NCBI GenBank assembly: GCA_963734545.1 | Contig: CAVTHO010000003.1 | Location: 224,001-288,000, forward strand | DNA length: 64,000 nucleotides | Reading direction: 5' to 3' | Source: an uncultured Spirochaetota bacterium | Lineage (GTDB): Bacteria; Spirochaetota; Spirochaetia; SZUA-6; Fen-1364 | Shown: positions 48,674 through 58,188 of the stretch, one piece after another | How the letters are laid out: each line of letters opens with the position of its first letter | Position numbering within the stretch: position 1 is the stretch's first letter | The notes under the pieces: generated by a model | What the model was told of the DNA's origin: nothing | Database searches by the model: none | What the model saw: the letters and a program-made list of their open reading frames with translations, nothing else | Made by a program: the position numbers and the translations under genes

Positions 48674-51600
48674 TCACTCCTGGGTGTGAATGGGCCCCCG
48701 CCACGCGGCCAGGTCCTCGACGTACTGACGGTAGTCCTCGAATCCCGCATCGAGACCGTACTGATAGACGAAACTGCTCGCAATGCTGCGGGCGAGGATG
48801 GCCCTCTGGTAGCTCTCCGGGAGCCGGTTCATGAGCCCTTCCAGGCCGACCTTGTCCACGAGGGCGGCGGGCACGTGCATGCGGAGGGAGTTCCTGCGCA
48901 CGGCGTCATTGGCAAAGAGAGTCGAACGCTCTATGGCGATCGTGATCTCATTGATCTTTCTGCTGACCGTCTCGGACAGCTCGGAGAGGGGCGCGCCGGT
49001 CGCGGCGCGGGTCTTCCACAGGAGGTCGAACTCCAGGTCCGCTTTCCGCCGTATGGCCTCGAGGACCTCCTCGATGTACCGCTCGCGGAATGCCGGCGCC
49101 GCTGATCCCGGGCGCACGGTCATGAGCTGATCGTGCTCATCGTCCGCGAGGCCCAGGCCGGCGAGAACCTCGAAAGAGGAGGAGATGACGCCGCCCTTGT
49201 TCGTGGAGCTGTCCTTGAAGAGAACGACTCCCTTCTCCTCGAGCTTCAGCCGTGCCTCCTGGGTGATGAAAAGGTTTGCGCCTTCCACGATCCAGCGGAA
49301 GAGGGGCCGGCCCTCCGCATCGATCAGCGAGCGCCAGTTCGAGAGATTGATCGACTTCGGTCTCCCGCCGCAGGGCACGAAGAGATCGGCCTTCATGCGA
49401 GGGTCCAGGTGGAACGTGTTGCGGAACCCCAGGCCGGATGCCACGCGCGTCCCGTCGGGCAGCGTCACGTCATGGTCCTTCACGCCGACCAGGAAACCCC
49501 TCGGTCCGAGCCGCGCGCGGTCGAAATGCGAGCTGTCACTGCCGGTGCGCGCCAGGCGCGCGAGCTCGTCCCGGGGCAGGCCGTCAGGATCATAGAGGAC
49601 GCCTCCCCCGTCCACGAGGGCGATGGTCTTGTCCTTCGAGATGAGGATCTCGTTGGAGCCGAGGTCCCCGTCAGGCCCGCCCGTCTGCGCCTTCCTGATC
49701 GTCTCCTCGGAGATCCCCAGCTCGCGGAGGATTCCCAGGACGTAGCGGTGAATGCCCTGGGTTGTCATGCCGTATTCCTTGTGCGAGATTCCTCCGAGAT
49801 TCGCTTCCTTGCCCGTCGTCACGGCCTTCCAATAGCGGTACCCCCGCTCGCGGGCGCGCAGGCACGCCCAGTCCATGAAGTCCGCCGTGCCTTCGTCCGG
49901 GCCGAAAAAGAGGATTTCCTCCTCCCAGCCGACTATGGTCTTGCTGTCCCCGGGGACGAGCAGGTCGAGCAGGGCATCGATGTAGCAGCGGAACGCCTGG
50001 CGGGCGTCCTCGCGGCTGGTGCCGAAAGCCGGCAGGATGATCCCCTTCGAGCCCCCCTCCGGGATGTCCTTGTTCTTCTTGTTCTGGGTGAAGGCGAGGT
50101 TGTAGCACTCCTCGAACAGCGAGTCCGCATTGTGGTGGTACTCGTCGTACGTGGCCGCGTGCAGGAGACGGATGCCTCCGCGCGCGATGTCCTTGAAGCG
50201 CACGTGGAATCCGTGGAAATCGCGGCCGACAACGAAGAACACGCCGAAGGGCACGCTCTCCATTGCGGCGCGGGAGAAGAAGCCGCTTGCCAGGCGGAAC
50301 GAGAGGGCTGATTTCACCGGCAGGAAGAAATTCGTCCGTACGATGGCATCCACGAAGCGCACCGAGCAGCGGATCACTTCCGCCTCCTCGGAGGTGAGGG
50401 TGGAGGAGGCCAGGACCGCGTCCAGTCGGGCGCGGGCGCTCCTCTCCGCCTCCGGATCCTGGTCCCCCGGGGTGAATCGGGCCGTGAACAGGCCGAAAAG
50501 GTCGTGGACGATATCCGGTCTCTCCCTGTACACCTGTTCGATGACCGCCAGTGGATACATGTCGCGGTCGATGCGCGCCTGGATCGAGGCCAGGATTCCC
50601 GAGAGCTCCCTGTCAGAATGGAAACGCTCGGAGAGGAGGCCGATGTCGGGATCCGGCACCGTGATGAACTGGTGGATGAAGGGAACCGCCGCATTCACGA
50701 AGTTCGCCTCGGCCGGCGAGTAGGTCCCCTTTTCCACGAGCGCGCCGATCTGCCCCGGCGGGTACAGGCTGACCTCCACGAGCTGGCGAAGAAGGTCCGC
50801 CGGGAAATCCGTCCGCGCATAGAGGGTCGCGACGATCACGGGCCGGGCTCCCCCGAAGGTCACCGTGTACTTCCGCGTGAGCTCGATCCCGTTCCTCGCC
50901 ATGACCCGGGTGATGTTCGCCTGGAAATGATTGATCCTTCCGCGGGGGAACCCGATCATGACCCTGTTCTCCCGGGTCTCCGCCTTGAGGGAATGCGCGA
51001 TCACAATGCTCCCTGTCGAGAGCACGGCGTCGCGCACCGCGACATAGCGCTCCCGCGCGGCGGAGTCGGTGAGACTGAGGAAGCTGGCAGGGGCGATTTC
51101 ACCGATCGTCTCGCCCTGCTGCGGATCGGAGCCGCGGTACACCACGTACAGGAGCAGGTTCGCCAGCGGCGAATAGACGGCGACGTTCAGAAGGCGCCCG
51201 CCGGCGTAGTATTCCCGCTCGATCTCCTCCTCCACCTCGAGGCCCCGGCGGCGGTGCACCCAGTGGACGGACGTGCCGTCGGGCGAGGTCGAGGATACCT
51301 TCATCTGCGCATAGGTCTCGGAGTCGAGACCGGAAAGCTCATAGGAGCGGTTCAACATGATCTGGCGCGCCATGAGCGGGGCGGGGGTGTTCCGAAGATA
51401 GTACTCGGGGAATTTCAGATCCGTCAGCCACCACTTCATCTCCTGAAGGATGCGCTCTTCGGTGAGATCGGCGATCTGGGTGTAATCCTCGGTGCTCCCT
51501 TTGCAGGAGATTTCGTCGTAGACCTGCGAGAGGAAATCCGGGTCGAGCCCCGTCCGCGCCTGAATGACGTCGAGAACGACTCTCCGCGGATACAGGACCG

Positions 51601-51865
51601 CGCGGGACAGCTCTTCCTCCGTGAGGGAAGGCTTGTGCGTGAAGAGGCGGATCCCCTCCGCTTCAGGTCTCGTCGTATCCACCAGCCACAGGAAGCGGGA
51701 AATGATGACTCGGAGGTCCAGGCACGAGCACAGCCAGGCCTTCTTCAAAGCCCGCGCGCAATGCTCACGGCTGAGGGGAAGGGGATCGGGGAGGCGGTTG
51801 AGCCATCCTTCGAGCAGGTTCTGCTGCTCCTTTGAAAATGTCCGCTTCTCTTGCGACACAGGCAT
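48674..51865 (-). CDS. Large NAD-specific glutamate dehydrogenase (~1060 aa, fungal/protist GDH2-like type)
   Basis: GFHVRFKDIARGGIR, KNKDIPEGGSKG, FFGPDEGTA, GGPDGDLGSNE, VPCGGRP, IVEGANLF, KDSSTNKGGVISSS. Confidence 0.9.
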   Translation of the reverse strand: MPVSQEKRTFSKEQQNLLEGWLNRLPDPLPLSREHCARALKKAWLCSCLDLRVIISRFLWLVDTTRPEAEGIRLFTHKPSLTEEELSRAVLYPRRVVLDVIQARTGLDPDFLSQVYDEISCKGSTEDYTQIADLTEERILQEMKWWLTDLKFPEYYLRNTPAPLMARQIMLNRSYELSGLDSETYAQMKVSSTSPDGTSVHWVHRRRGLEVEEEIEREYYAGGRLLNVAVYSPLANLLLYVVYRGSDPQQGETIGEIAPASFLSLTDSAARERYVAVRDAVLSTGSIVIAHSLKAETRENRVMIGFPRGRINHFQANITRVMARNGIELTRKYTVTFGGARPVIVATLYARTDFPADLLRQLVEVSLYPPGQIGALVEKGTYSPAEANFVNAAVPFIHQFITVPDPDIGLLSERFHSDRELSGILASIQARIDRDMYPLAVIEQVYRERPDIVHDLFGLFTARFTPGDQDPEAERSARARLDAVLASSTLTSEEAEVIRCSVRFVDAIVRTNFFLPVKSALSFRLASGFFSRAAMESVPFGVFFVVGRDFHGFHVRFKDIARGGIRLLHAATYDEYHHNADSLFEECYNLAFTQNKKNKDIPEGGSKGIILPAFGTSREDARQAFRCYIDALLDLLVPGDSKTIVGWEEEILFFGPDEGTADFMDWACLRARERGYRYWKAVTTGKEANLGGISHKEYGMTTQGIHRYVLGILRELGISEETIRKAQTGGPDGDLGSNEILISKDKTIALVDGGGVLYDPDGLPRDELARLARTGSDSSHFDRARLGPRGFLVGVKDHDVTLPDGTRVASGLGFRNTFHLDPRMKADLFVPCGGRPKSINLSNWRSLIDAEGRPLFRWIVEGANLFITQEARLKLEEKGVVLFKDSSTNKGGVISSSFEVLAGLGLADDEHDQLMTVRPGSAAPAFRERYIEEVLEAIRRKADLEFDLLWKTRAATGAPLSELSETVSRKINEITIAIERSTLFANDAVRRNSLRMHVPAALVDKVGLEGLMNRLPESYQRAILARSIASSFVYQYGLDAGFEDYRQYVEDLAAWRGPIHTQE

Positions 51866-51936
51866 CTCCTCCCCCAAGTATGCCCCAATGCTTCCTCGAT
51901 CAGAAGAGGCCGGTCGCGACCGCTGGAACAGTCGGC

Positions 51937-52233
51937 TCACCGGAACTCCTCGCACGACCAGACTCCGCCCGGAGGCTTGGGGAATGTGCAGGTTGGCCTG
52001 TTGTCACACAGGGGGCAGAGCCCCGGCTCGTGCTCAGGTGGAGCCGCGTCATCCCTCTTCAGGTGGGTAAAGGCCCCTGCCCGGACTTCCTCGTGCAGAC
52101 TCTCACCCTCGAACTCCATGCACTGCACGACGGGCACTCCCGGCTTCCGCGGGAATGTGCACAGCGGATCACTGCTGCACGTTGAGCACAAACCGACGTA
52201 GTCCATTCTGGCGCGTTTGACGCTTTTTGGCAT
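51937..52233 (-). CDS. Small protein with two copies of a GLC-x2-C-x5-C-TFP-x8/9-C-x-EF motif (putative metal-binding)
   Basis: GLCSTCSSDPLCTFPRKPGVPVVQCMEF and GLCPLCDNRPTCTFPKPPGGVWSCEEF; GAGGAG RBS; directly after a sigma54 promoter. Confidence 0.75.
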   Translation of the reverse strand: MPKSVKRARMDYVGLCSTCSSDPLCTFPRKPGVPVVQCMEFEGESLHEEVRAGAFTHLKRDDAAPPEHEPGLCPLCDNRPTCTFPKPPGGVWSCEEFR

Positions 52234-52282
52234 GACGATCCTCCTCGGGCTCGACAGATCTCTGCCCAGCCTGAAGATAGGA

Positions 52283-52298
52283 AGCAATTGGCGTGCCA
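52283..52298 (-). promoter_or_regulatory. sigma54 (-24/-12) promoter
   Basis: Minus strand TGGCAC-GCCAA-TTGCT, an exact match to TGGCAC-N5-TTGCW. Confidence 0.88.
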
Positions 52299-52381
52299 AC
52301 GCCTGCCAGCGCAAAAGCGCCGGTTTTCCCTTGTTTTCAGGGCTGTTTCTGAAGTGCGAGGCCTGCCGGAGAGAATCAGGA

Positions 52382-52416
52382 TGAGGCGAAAACACCCAGT
52401 GAGGAGAAATTCCCCA
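52382..52416. promoter_or_regulatory. Tandem enhancer (UAS) sites for the adjacent sigma54 activator
   Basis: Two related 17-bp imperfect palindromes, TGAGGCGAAAACACCCA and TGAGGAGAAATTCCCCA, about 85-120 bp upstream of the -24 element. Confidence 0.65.
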
Positions 52417-53757
52417 TCAGGGAAGGCGGGAGATCTTCGCAGCAAGGGTCTTGCGATCGATACCCATAATCTTGGCAGCCCGGGAGCGATTGCCCCCCAC
52501 CGAGGCAAGGACAGCCGCGACGTGCTCGAGCTCGACCTCGGCGAGGGAACGGTCCAATCGGCGGCCCGGTGAAGCGGTGAAACGCATGAGCTCGGGAAGG
52601 TCGGCGGCCTCGATTGACCCGCCTTCGCTCAGAAGCACTATTCTCTGGATGGTGTTTTCCAGCTCGCGGACGTTGCCCGGCCAGTTGTAGCGCCGCAGGG
52701 CATTGAGGGCGGCATCGCTGAACCGCGATTCCTCTTTTCCGTACTCGCGGGCGTAGCGCGTGGCGAAATGTCTCGCGAGCAGCAGCAGGTCTTCACCCCT
52801 GTCGCGCAGCGGCGGAAGCGCAATGCCCACCACATTCAGGCGGTAGTAGAGGTCCTCGCGAAAGAGCCCGCGCTGGATGAGCCCGGCAAGGTCCTTGTTC
52901 GTCGCCGCGATGATCCGGACGTCCACCTTGATGGCCTTTCGCGAGCCGATCATGGCGATCTCCCCGTCCTGCACGACGCGCAGGAGCTTCACCTGCATGG
53001 CCGGGCTGGTTTCCGAGACCTCGTCGAGAAAAATGGTTCCCCGTTCCGCCGTCTGAAAATAGCCGGCCCGCGTCTGATCCGCGCCGGTGAAGGAACCCTT
53101 CACGTACCCGAAGAGCTCGCTCTCGATGAGGGTCTCGGGAATGGCCCCGCAGTTCACCGCCACGAACGGCGCGGACGCGCGGGGTCCCGAGTAGTGGATG
53201 GCCCGGGCGACCATCTCCTTTCCCGTCCCGCTCTCTCCGCTGACAATCACGGGCGCCGAGACCGGTGCGGCCTTTTCAATCAGGCGGAACACGGTCTTCA
53301 TTGCCTCGGACTGCCCGATCAGGCCCTGGGGCGCGCGCGGGACCGAAGGGCCGCGCCCGTGGCCGAGTCGACGGAGCGCCAGCTTCTCCAGCGCCCTGCG
53401 CACGGCGGTGGTAAGCTCCTCTTCGGTGAACGGCTTGGCGAGGTATTCGGCTGCCCCCGACTTCATCGCGCTCACCGCGTTGTCGATGGATCCGTAGCCG
53501 GTGATCATGACGACCTCGGTGTCGCGCTGGTTCTCCCGCACGTGGCGGGTGAGCTCCATGCCGTCGATGCCCGGCATCCTGAAGTCGGTGACCACGAGGT
53601 CCACCGGGCTCGACCCGAGGATCGTCAGGGCCTCCGCCGCGCTCCCCGCCGTCAGGATGGTGTAGCCCTGGCCGGCGAGCGTTCTGCCGAGCACTTCCAG
53701 CGTATCCGGGGAGTCGTCGACCACGAGGATCCGTTCCATGCGGTGAAGGGCGCTCAC
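52417..53757 (-). CDS. sigma54-dependent response regulator (NtrC/AtoC family)
   Basis: Receiver ILVVDD...TDFRMPG; GESGTGKE, ESELFGYVKGSFTGA, WPGNVRELEN; Fis-type HTH; GTGA coupling to the kinase stop. Confidence 0.93.
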   Translation of the reverse strand: MSALHRMERILVVDDSPDTLEVLGRTLAGQGYTILTAGSAAEALTILGSSPVDLVVTDFRMPGIDGMELTRHVRENQRDTEVVMITGYGSIDNAVSAMKSGAAEYLAKPFTEEELTTAVRRALEKLALRRLGHGRGPSVPRAPQGLIGQSEAMKTVFRLIEKAAPVSAPVIVSGESGTGKEMVARAIHYSGPRASAPFVAVNCGAIPETLIESELFGYVKGSFTGADQTRAGYFQTAERGTIFLDEVSETSPAMQVKLLRVVQDGEIAMIGSRKAIKVDVRIIAATNKDLAGLIQRGLFREDLYYRLNVVGIALPPLRDRGEDLLLLARHFATRYAREYGKEESRFSDAALNALRRYNWPGNVRELENTIQRIVLLSEGGSIEAADLPELMRFTASPGRRLDRSLAEVELEHVAAVLASVGGNRSRAAKIMGIDRKTLAAKISRLP

Positions 53758-54912
53758 GGGGAAGCCTCCTCCGGCGGGGCCGGGCTCAGGGGGAGCCGCA
53801 CGGTAAAGCGCGAGCCCGCGCCGACCTTGCTGTGTACCGTGATGGTGCCCCCGCGGGACGTGAGGATCCCATGCACCACGGGAAGTCCCAGGCCGGTCCC
53901 CCTGCCCTCGTCTTTCGTCGTGAAGAAGGGTATGAAGATCCTGTCGAGGACCTCCGGGGTCATCCCGATCCCCGTGTCCTCCACGGTGAGAATACAGGCT
54001 TCCTCCACCTCCTCGATGCGCAGCGTGAGCCTTCCGCCTCCCGGGCATTGCCTGGAGCGCGTTCACGGCGAGGTTGACAATCACCTGGCGCAGCTCCGTC
54101 GGCTCCGCCCTGATCGTGAGCTTCTTCCGCGCAAGCTCCCTCCGTACCTCGATGCCGGCTGACCGGCAGCGGGGCTCGAGGAAATCCAGGACGCCGGCGG
54201 CGATGGCGCTCACGTCGCAGTATTCCACCCGGGCGGGAGCCACGTGGCCGAAGCCGAGGAGCTTCTGCACGATCTCGCGCGCGTGCAGTGAGGCCTCCAC
54301 GATTCGGGAGAGATCGCGCTGAGCGCCGGGAGAGAGCCCGGAGTCCTTCTGCACGAGCTGGGCGAACCCGAGGATCCTGGAGAGGGGGTCGTTCAGCTCG
54401 TGGGCGATGCCTGCCGCGAGCACACCGATGGTTGCCAGCCGGTCCGCGTGCCGAAGCTGGCTCTCGAGCAGCGAGTTGTCCTGGGCCGCCCGCACCCTTC
54501 CGGCAGCCAGGGAGATCTCGCCGGCGATCTTCTCGATCAGCTGCTCCTCTTCCGGCAGGAAGGGCGCAGCGTCCGTGCCCTCGATCGAAGACGGGTAGGA
54601 AACCTCGATAAGGCCTGCCGGATTTCCCGCCCCGCCGATCGATGCGGCCAGGTGGAAGCGGCTTTCCTGGAAGCTCCTTGTCTGCTGGCAGATGCTGCCG
54701 ACCCGGATGCGCGCCCCGGCGAGCTCGGAGTACTGGAACCCGCGGGGGAGGATTTCCACGATCGTGGCCATGGTCTTTTCGATGCTCGTGTCCGCGTGAC
54801 GCAGGACGCGCGAAATCTCGTAGAGGCACTCCAGCTCCTTGACCCTCTTCCGGAGGTCCTTCTCGATGGTGTCCTCTCTGTTCCCGTTGTTTTCCGGCTT
54901 TTCCGCCCTCAT
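53754..54912 (-). CDS. Cytoplasmic sensor histidine kinase with N-terminal GAF-like domain (frameshift near 54045)
   Basis: RVKELECLYEIS...PFLPEEEQLI input domain; AGIAHELNDPL H-box; NLAVNALQAM; DTGIGM, FFTTK and GTGLGL in the alternate frame; no TM helix. Confidence 0.88.
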
Positions 54913-55044
54913 GCTTTCCGGTCTGCTCCGCGGCAAGTATACCCGCAACCGACCGGCGCCGCCACATGATGGCCCCAGGCTTTCCCGGGCGCGTGGACTT
55001 GTTCGCCATGGAGCAATCCGCTACCTTTGCTCCTGGATGGCACA

Positions 55045-56775
55045 ATGAACAACCGTGAGCTGGCCGAGGTCTTCACCCTGATCGCCGACCTCTCCGAAAT
55101 CAAGGGCGAGATCGTCTACAAGACGCTGGCCTATCGAAGGGCTGCCGAGACCCTGTCCACCCTGGGCCGGGACGTCAACGAGCACTGGAAGGAAGGAACG
55201 CTGCGCGAGATCCCGGGCGTCGGCCAGGCCATCGCGGAGAAGATCGACGAGCTGCTGCGTACAGGCAGGCTGAAAGCCCTCGAGAAGCTCGAGCAGGAAG
55301 TTCCGGCAGCGCTGGCCGAATGGCTGAAGGTTCCCGGCCTGGGTCCCAAGAAGGTGGCTCTCATTCACAAGACACTGGAGATCACCACCCTGGCTGAGCT
55401 GGAGAAGGCCGCGCGCGCCGGCGGGCTGCGCGAGCTTCCGGGCATGGGCGCGAAGTCCGAGGCCCAGATCATCGCCGGGATCGAGTCGCTTTCCCGTCGT
55501 TCCTCGCGCATCCCGCTCGGCCGGGCGTACCCCCTTGCGCAGCAGATCGTCGCGACTCTGAAGAAGGTTCCCGGCGTGGTTGCCGCGGAACCGGCGGGTT
55601 CGCTGCGGCGCATGCGCGCGACGGTCGGAGACCTGGACATCCTGGTTGCGGCAGCCGACGCCGCTCCGGTCATGGAGGTCTTCACCACGCTTCCCGGGGT
55701 GGTGCGCGTCCTGGGCAAGGGTGAGACAAAGTCTTCGATAGAGTTCGGCGATGGTGTGCGCGCGCAGGTGTGGGTCCATCCGCCGGAGAAATTCGGAACC
55801 GCGCTCCAGTACGCAACAGGATCCAAGGAGCACAACATCCGCCTGCGCGAGATCGCGCTGGACAAGGGCCTGTCGCTCTCCGAGCACGCCCTGACCAGGA
55901 CGGACGGCTCCGGCGAGATCCTTTGCGCAACCGAGGAAAAGGTCTATGAGACTCTCGGCCTGGTCTGGGTCCCGCCCGAGCTGCGCGAAGACCGCGGCGA
56001 GGTGCAGGCCGCCAGGAAGGGTCAGATGCCGAGGCTTGTCGAGCTCAGGGACATACGCGCGGACCTGCAGACGCACTCCACGTGGTCCGACGGCAAGCTC
56101 TCGATGCTCGAGATGGCGCGGGCGGCAGCCCGGCGCGGCATCAAGGTCATTGCCTTCACGGATCACTCGGCAAGTCTCGGTATGGTCGGCGGCCTGACCA
56201 TGGAAGATCACGCGCGGCAGCAGAAGGAGATCGAGCAGGCGCAGGCCGAAGCTGGGGGACACGATCCGCATCCTGCACGCCTCGGAGGTCGAGATCAAGG
56301 CCGACGGGACTCTCGACTATCCGGACGATTTCCTTGCCACGCTGGACCTGGTCGTGGCGTCACTGCACACCTCGCTGCGCCAGCCGCGGGATCGCGTCAC
56401 CGAGCGGGTGATCAAGGCAATCCGCAACCGGCACGTGGACATCATCGGCCACCCGACCGGGCGGTTGATCCCGGACCGCGAGGGCGCGGACCTGGACATG
56501 GAGGCCGTGCTGGCCGCTGCCGCCGAGAGTCCGGCGTGGCTCTCGAGATCAATGCCCATCCCGCGCGGCTGGACCTGGAAGACGTGTACGCTGAGCGCGC
56601 GAAGAAGCTGGGCATTCTGCTCAGCATCAACACGGATGCGCACAGCGAAGCGGACCTCGACATGCTGCACTTCGGCGTGGCCATGGCGCGCCGCGCGTGG
56701 CTGGAGCCTCAGGACGTCATCAACACCTGGCCGACGGAGAAGCTGCTCGACTGGCTCTCGAAGCGCGGCGGCTGA
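55045..56775 (+). CDS. polX: DNA polymerase X / PHP exonuclease (compensating frameshifts near 56255 and 56525)
   Basis: AYRRAA, IPGVGQAIAEKI, AGSLRR, GDLD, TGSKEHN, PPELRED; PHP motifs TDHS, GHPTGR, EINAHP, NTDAH. Confidence 0.9.
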   Translation: MNNRELAEVFTLIADLSEIKGEIVYKTLAYRRAAETLSTLGRDVNEHWKEGTLREIPGVGQAIAEKIDELLRTGRLKALEKLEQEVPAALAEWLKVPGLGPKKVALIHKTLEITTLAELEKAARAGGLRELPGMGAKSEAQIIAGIESLSRRSSRIPLGRAYPLAQQIVATLKKVPGVVAAEPAGSLRRMRATVGDLDILVAAADAAPVMEVFTTLPGVVRVLGKGETKSSIEFGDGVRAQVWVHPPEKFGTALQYATGSKEHNIRLREIALDKGLSLSEHALTRTDGSGEILCATEEKVYETLGLVWVPPELREDRGEVQAARKGQMPRLVELRDIRADLQTHSTWSDGKLSMLEMARAAARRGIKVIAFTDHSASLGMVGGLTMEDHARQQKEIEQAQAEAGGHDPHPARLGGRDQGRRDSRLSGRFPCHAGPGRGVTAHLAAPAAGSRHRAGDQGNPQPARGHHRPPDRAVDPGPRGRGPGHGGRAGRCRRESGVALEINAHPARLDLEDVYAERAKKLGILLSINTDAHSEADLDMLHFGVAMARRAWLEPQDVINTWPTEKLLDWLSKRGG

Positions 56776-56849
56776 AGTCCCGACCCCCCCCTCGCCGCAA
56801 GCCCCGGCGGCCCTTGATTCGTTATATTCTCCGTCAGGGAGGCATTCTC

Positions 56850-57668
56850 ATGGCGGAGCGAGGTATTGAGTTCAGCGACGATGACCTGCAGTACCTCGTG
56901 CGGGTGCTCATGCCGGAGTCGGATGACAGGCAGCGGATGGTGCGCGTGCTTCGTGAGGACGCGGAGATCCGCGAGGCAATGCTCGCCGATGAAAGGGTGT
57001 TCCGCCGGATGCTCACGGATCCACTGTCCGTCCTGAGGGTGTCTCCCGCGCTCTTCTTTGCCATCCTGCTTGCCCGTGTGCGCGCCGACCTGGAGCATGA
57101 GCCCTACACGCTGGAGCGGAGCAGGACACTCTCCATGGTGCTCTTCGACGTGCCCCGGATCGTCGAGCTGCTCGACGACCGGCAGCTTCGCAGCTATCTC
57201 ACGGAGCTTCTCGTTTCATTCGTGCGCATCAACAGCTTTTCCTTCAGCGTCAGGGTGAGGCCGGGATTGTGGCGCCGCGTGCGCTTCAGCGACTTCGATA
57301 TCGACAGCCTCGTGAGGTATGGCAGCGCCATCGACGAGTCGGAGCGTTTTCCCGTCTACAAGCGGATTGCGGACATCTGCCTCTTCACGCTGGGTATCCT
57401 CTCCGCCCCCGCGCCCGCGGATGCGCCGCAGGACACTCTGAAAATCGAGGGCATGAGGATCCGGGCGAATCGCACGCGGGATGACTACGTGCAGGAGGGC
57501 GTCACGTTCTACCGGCTGGCCGCCCGGCACAGTGACGTCAGGGCGAAGGGACGAAGCGAGGTGCTTGCGACGCTCGCGGACAAGTTCACCCTTGCCGTCA
57601 AGCCGCTCGCCGTCATGTCCGCCCGCTATCTCCACCCGTTCAAGGACAACGTCTTTCTGCAGGCGTGA
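56850..57668 (+). CDS. Conserved-looking hypothetical protein
   Basis: GGGAGG RBS; globular ORF with YKRIADICLFTLG and YVQEGVTFYRLAA. Confidence 0.7.
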   Translation: MAERGIEFSDDDLQYLVRVLMPESDDRQRMVRVLREDAEIREAMLADERVFRRMLTDPLSVLRVSPALFFAILLARVRADLEHEPYTLERSRTLSMVLFDVPRIVELLDDRQLRSYLTELLVSFVRINSFSFSVRVRPGLWRRVRFSDFDIDSLVRYGSAIDESERFPVYKRIADICLFTLGILSAPAPADAPQDTLKIEGMRIRANRTRDDYVQEGVTFYRLAARHSDVRAKGRSEVLATLADKFTLAVKPLAVMSARYLHPFKDNVFLQA

Positions 57669-57785
57669 AAGCCGCGCGATCTGCAGGTCTGCCTGTCCTG
57701 TCAGTTGCTCTGCGCAGACGGTGCCTTCATAATGTCTCCCACTAAGGACGAGGGTCAGTCGATTCATCCCGGCGTCGGGTAATCC

Positions 57786-58143
57786 CTACGCCCCCCTGCC
57801 TTCAAGGAACTCTTTCAGGGCCCGGGCGTTGGAAAGCTGCGGTTCTCTGGCCGCAAACACCAGGGTAACCACTCCCTTTCGCGCTGCCTCCCGAATGGGA
57901 GCAAGGGCGTCCGGGACCCGCCGTCAGCTCCGCGAAATAGCGGCGGCGAAACTCGGTCCACTTTGCCGCATCATGGCCGTACCATTTACGAAGCCCATCG
58001 CTCGGCGCCGCTTCTTTCAGCCACCCGTCCAGCCTGGCCTTCTCTTTGGTGATCCCCCGGGGCCAGAGCCTCTCGACGAGAAACCGCGTCCCATCTGTCT
58101 CGTCCGGCGGCTCGTAGACGCGCTTCAGCTTCAGCTGAATCAG
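57786..58143 (-). CDS. DUF488 (YeaO-like) protein; frameshift near 57912 and no standard start codon
   Basis: Hand translation: [55 protein letters not shown]..., then [23 protein letters not shown]; not in the ORF track. Confidence 0.8.
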
Positions 58144-58188
58144 ACGAAGTCTAGTGGACAGCTCGCACGGTGAGCCGAGCGGAAGATC

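Noticed and set aside
52417-54948. 843-aa ORF looking like a kinase-receiver-sigma54 activator hybrid
   Set aside because: The kinase ATP-binding boxes lie in another frame (53754..54008) ending in a GTGA overlap with the regulator start; these are two genes joined by a frameshift
57700-57930. Possible structured ncRNA in an apparently ORF-free gap
   Set aside because: The minus strand encodes the C-terminal half of a DUF488 protein
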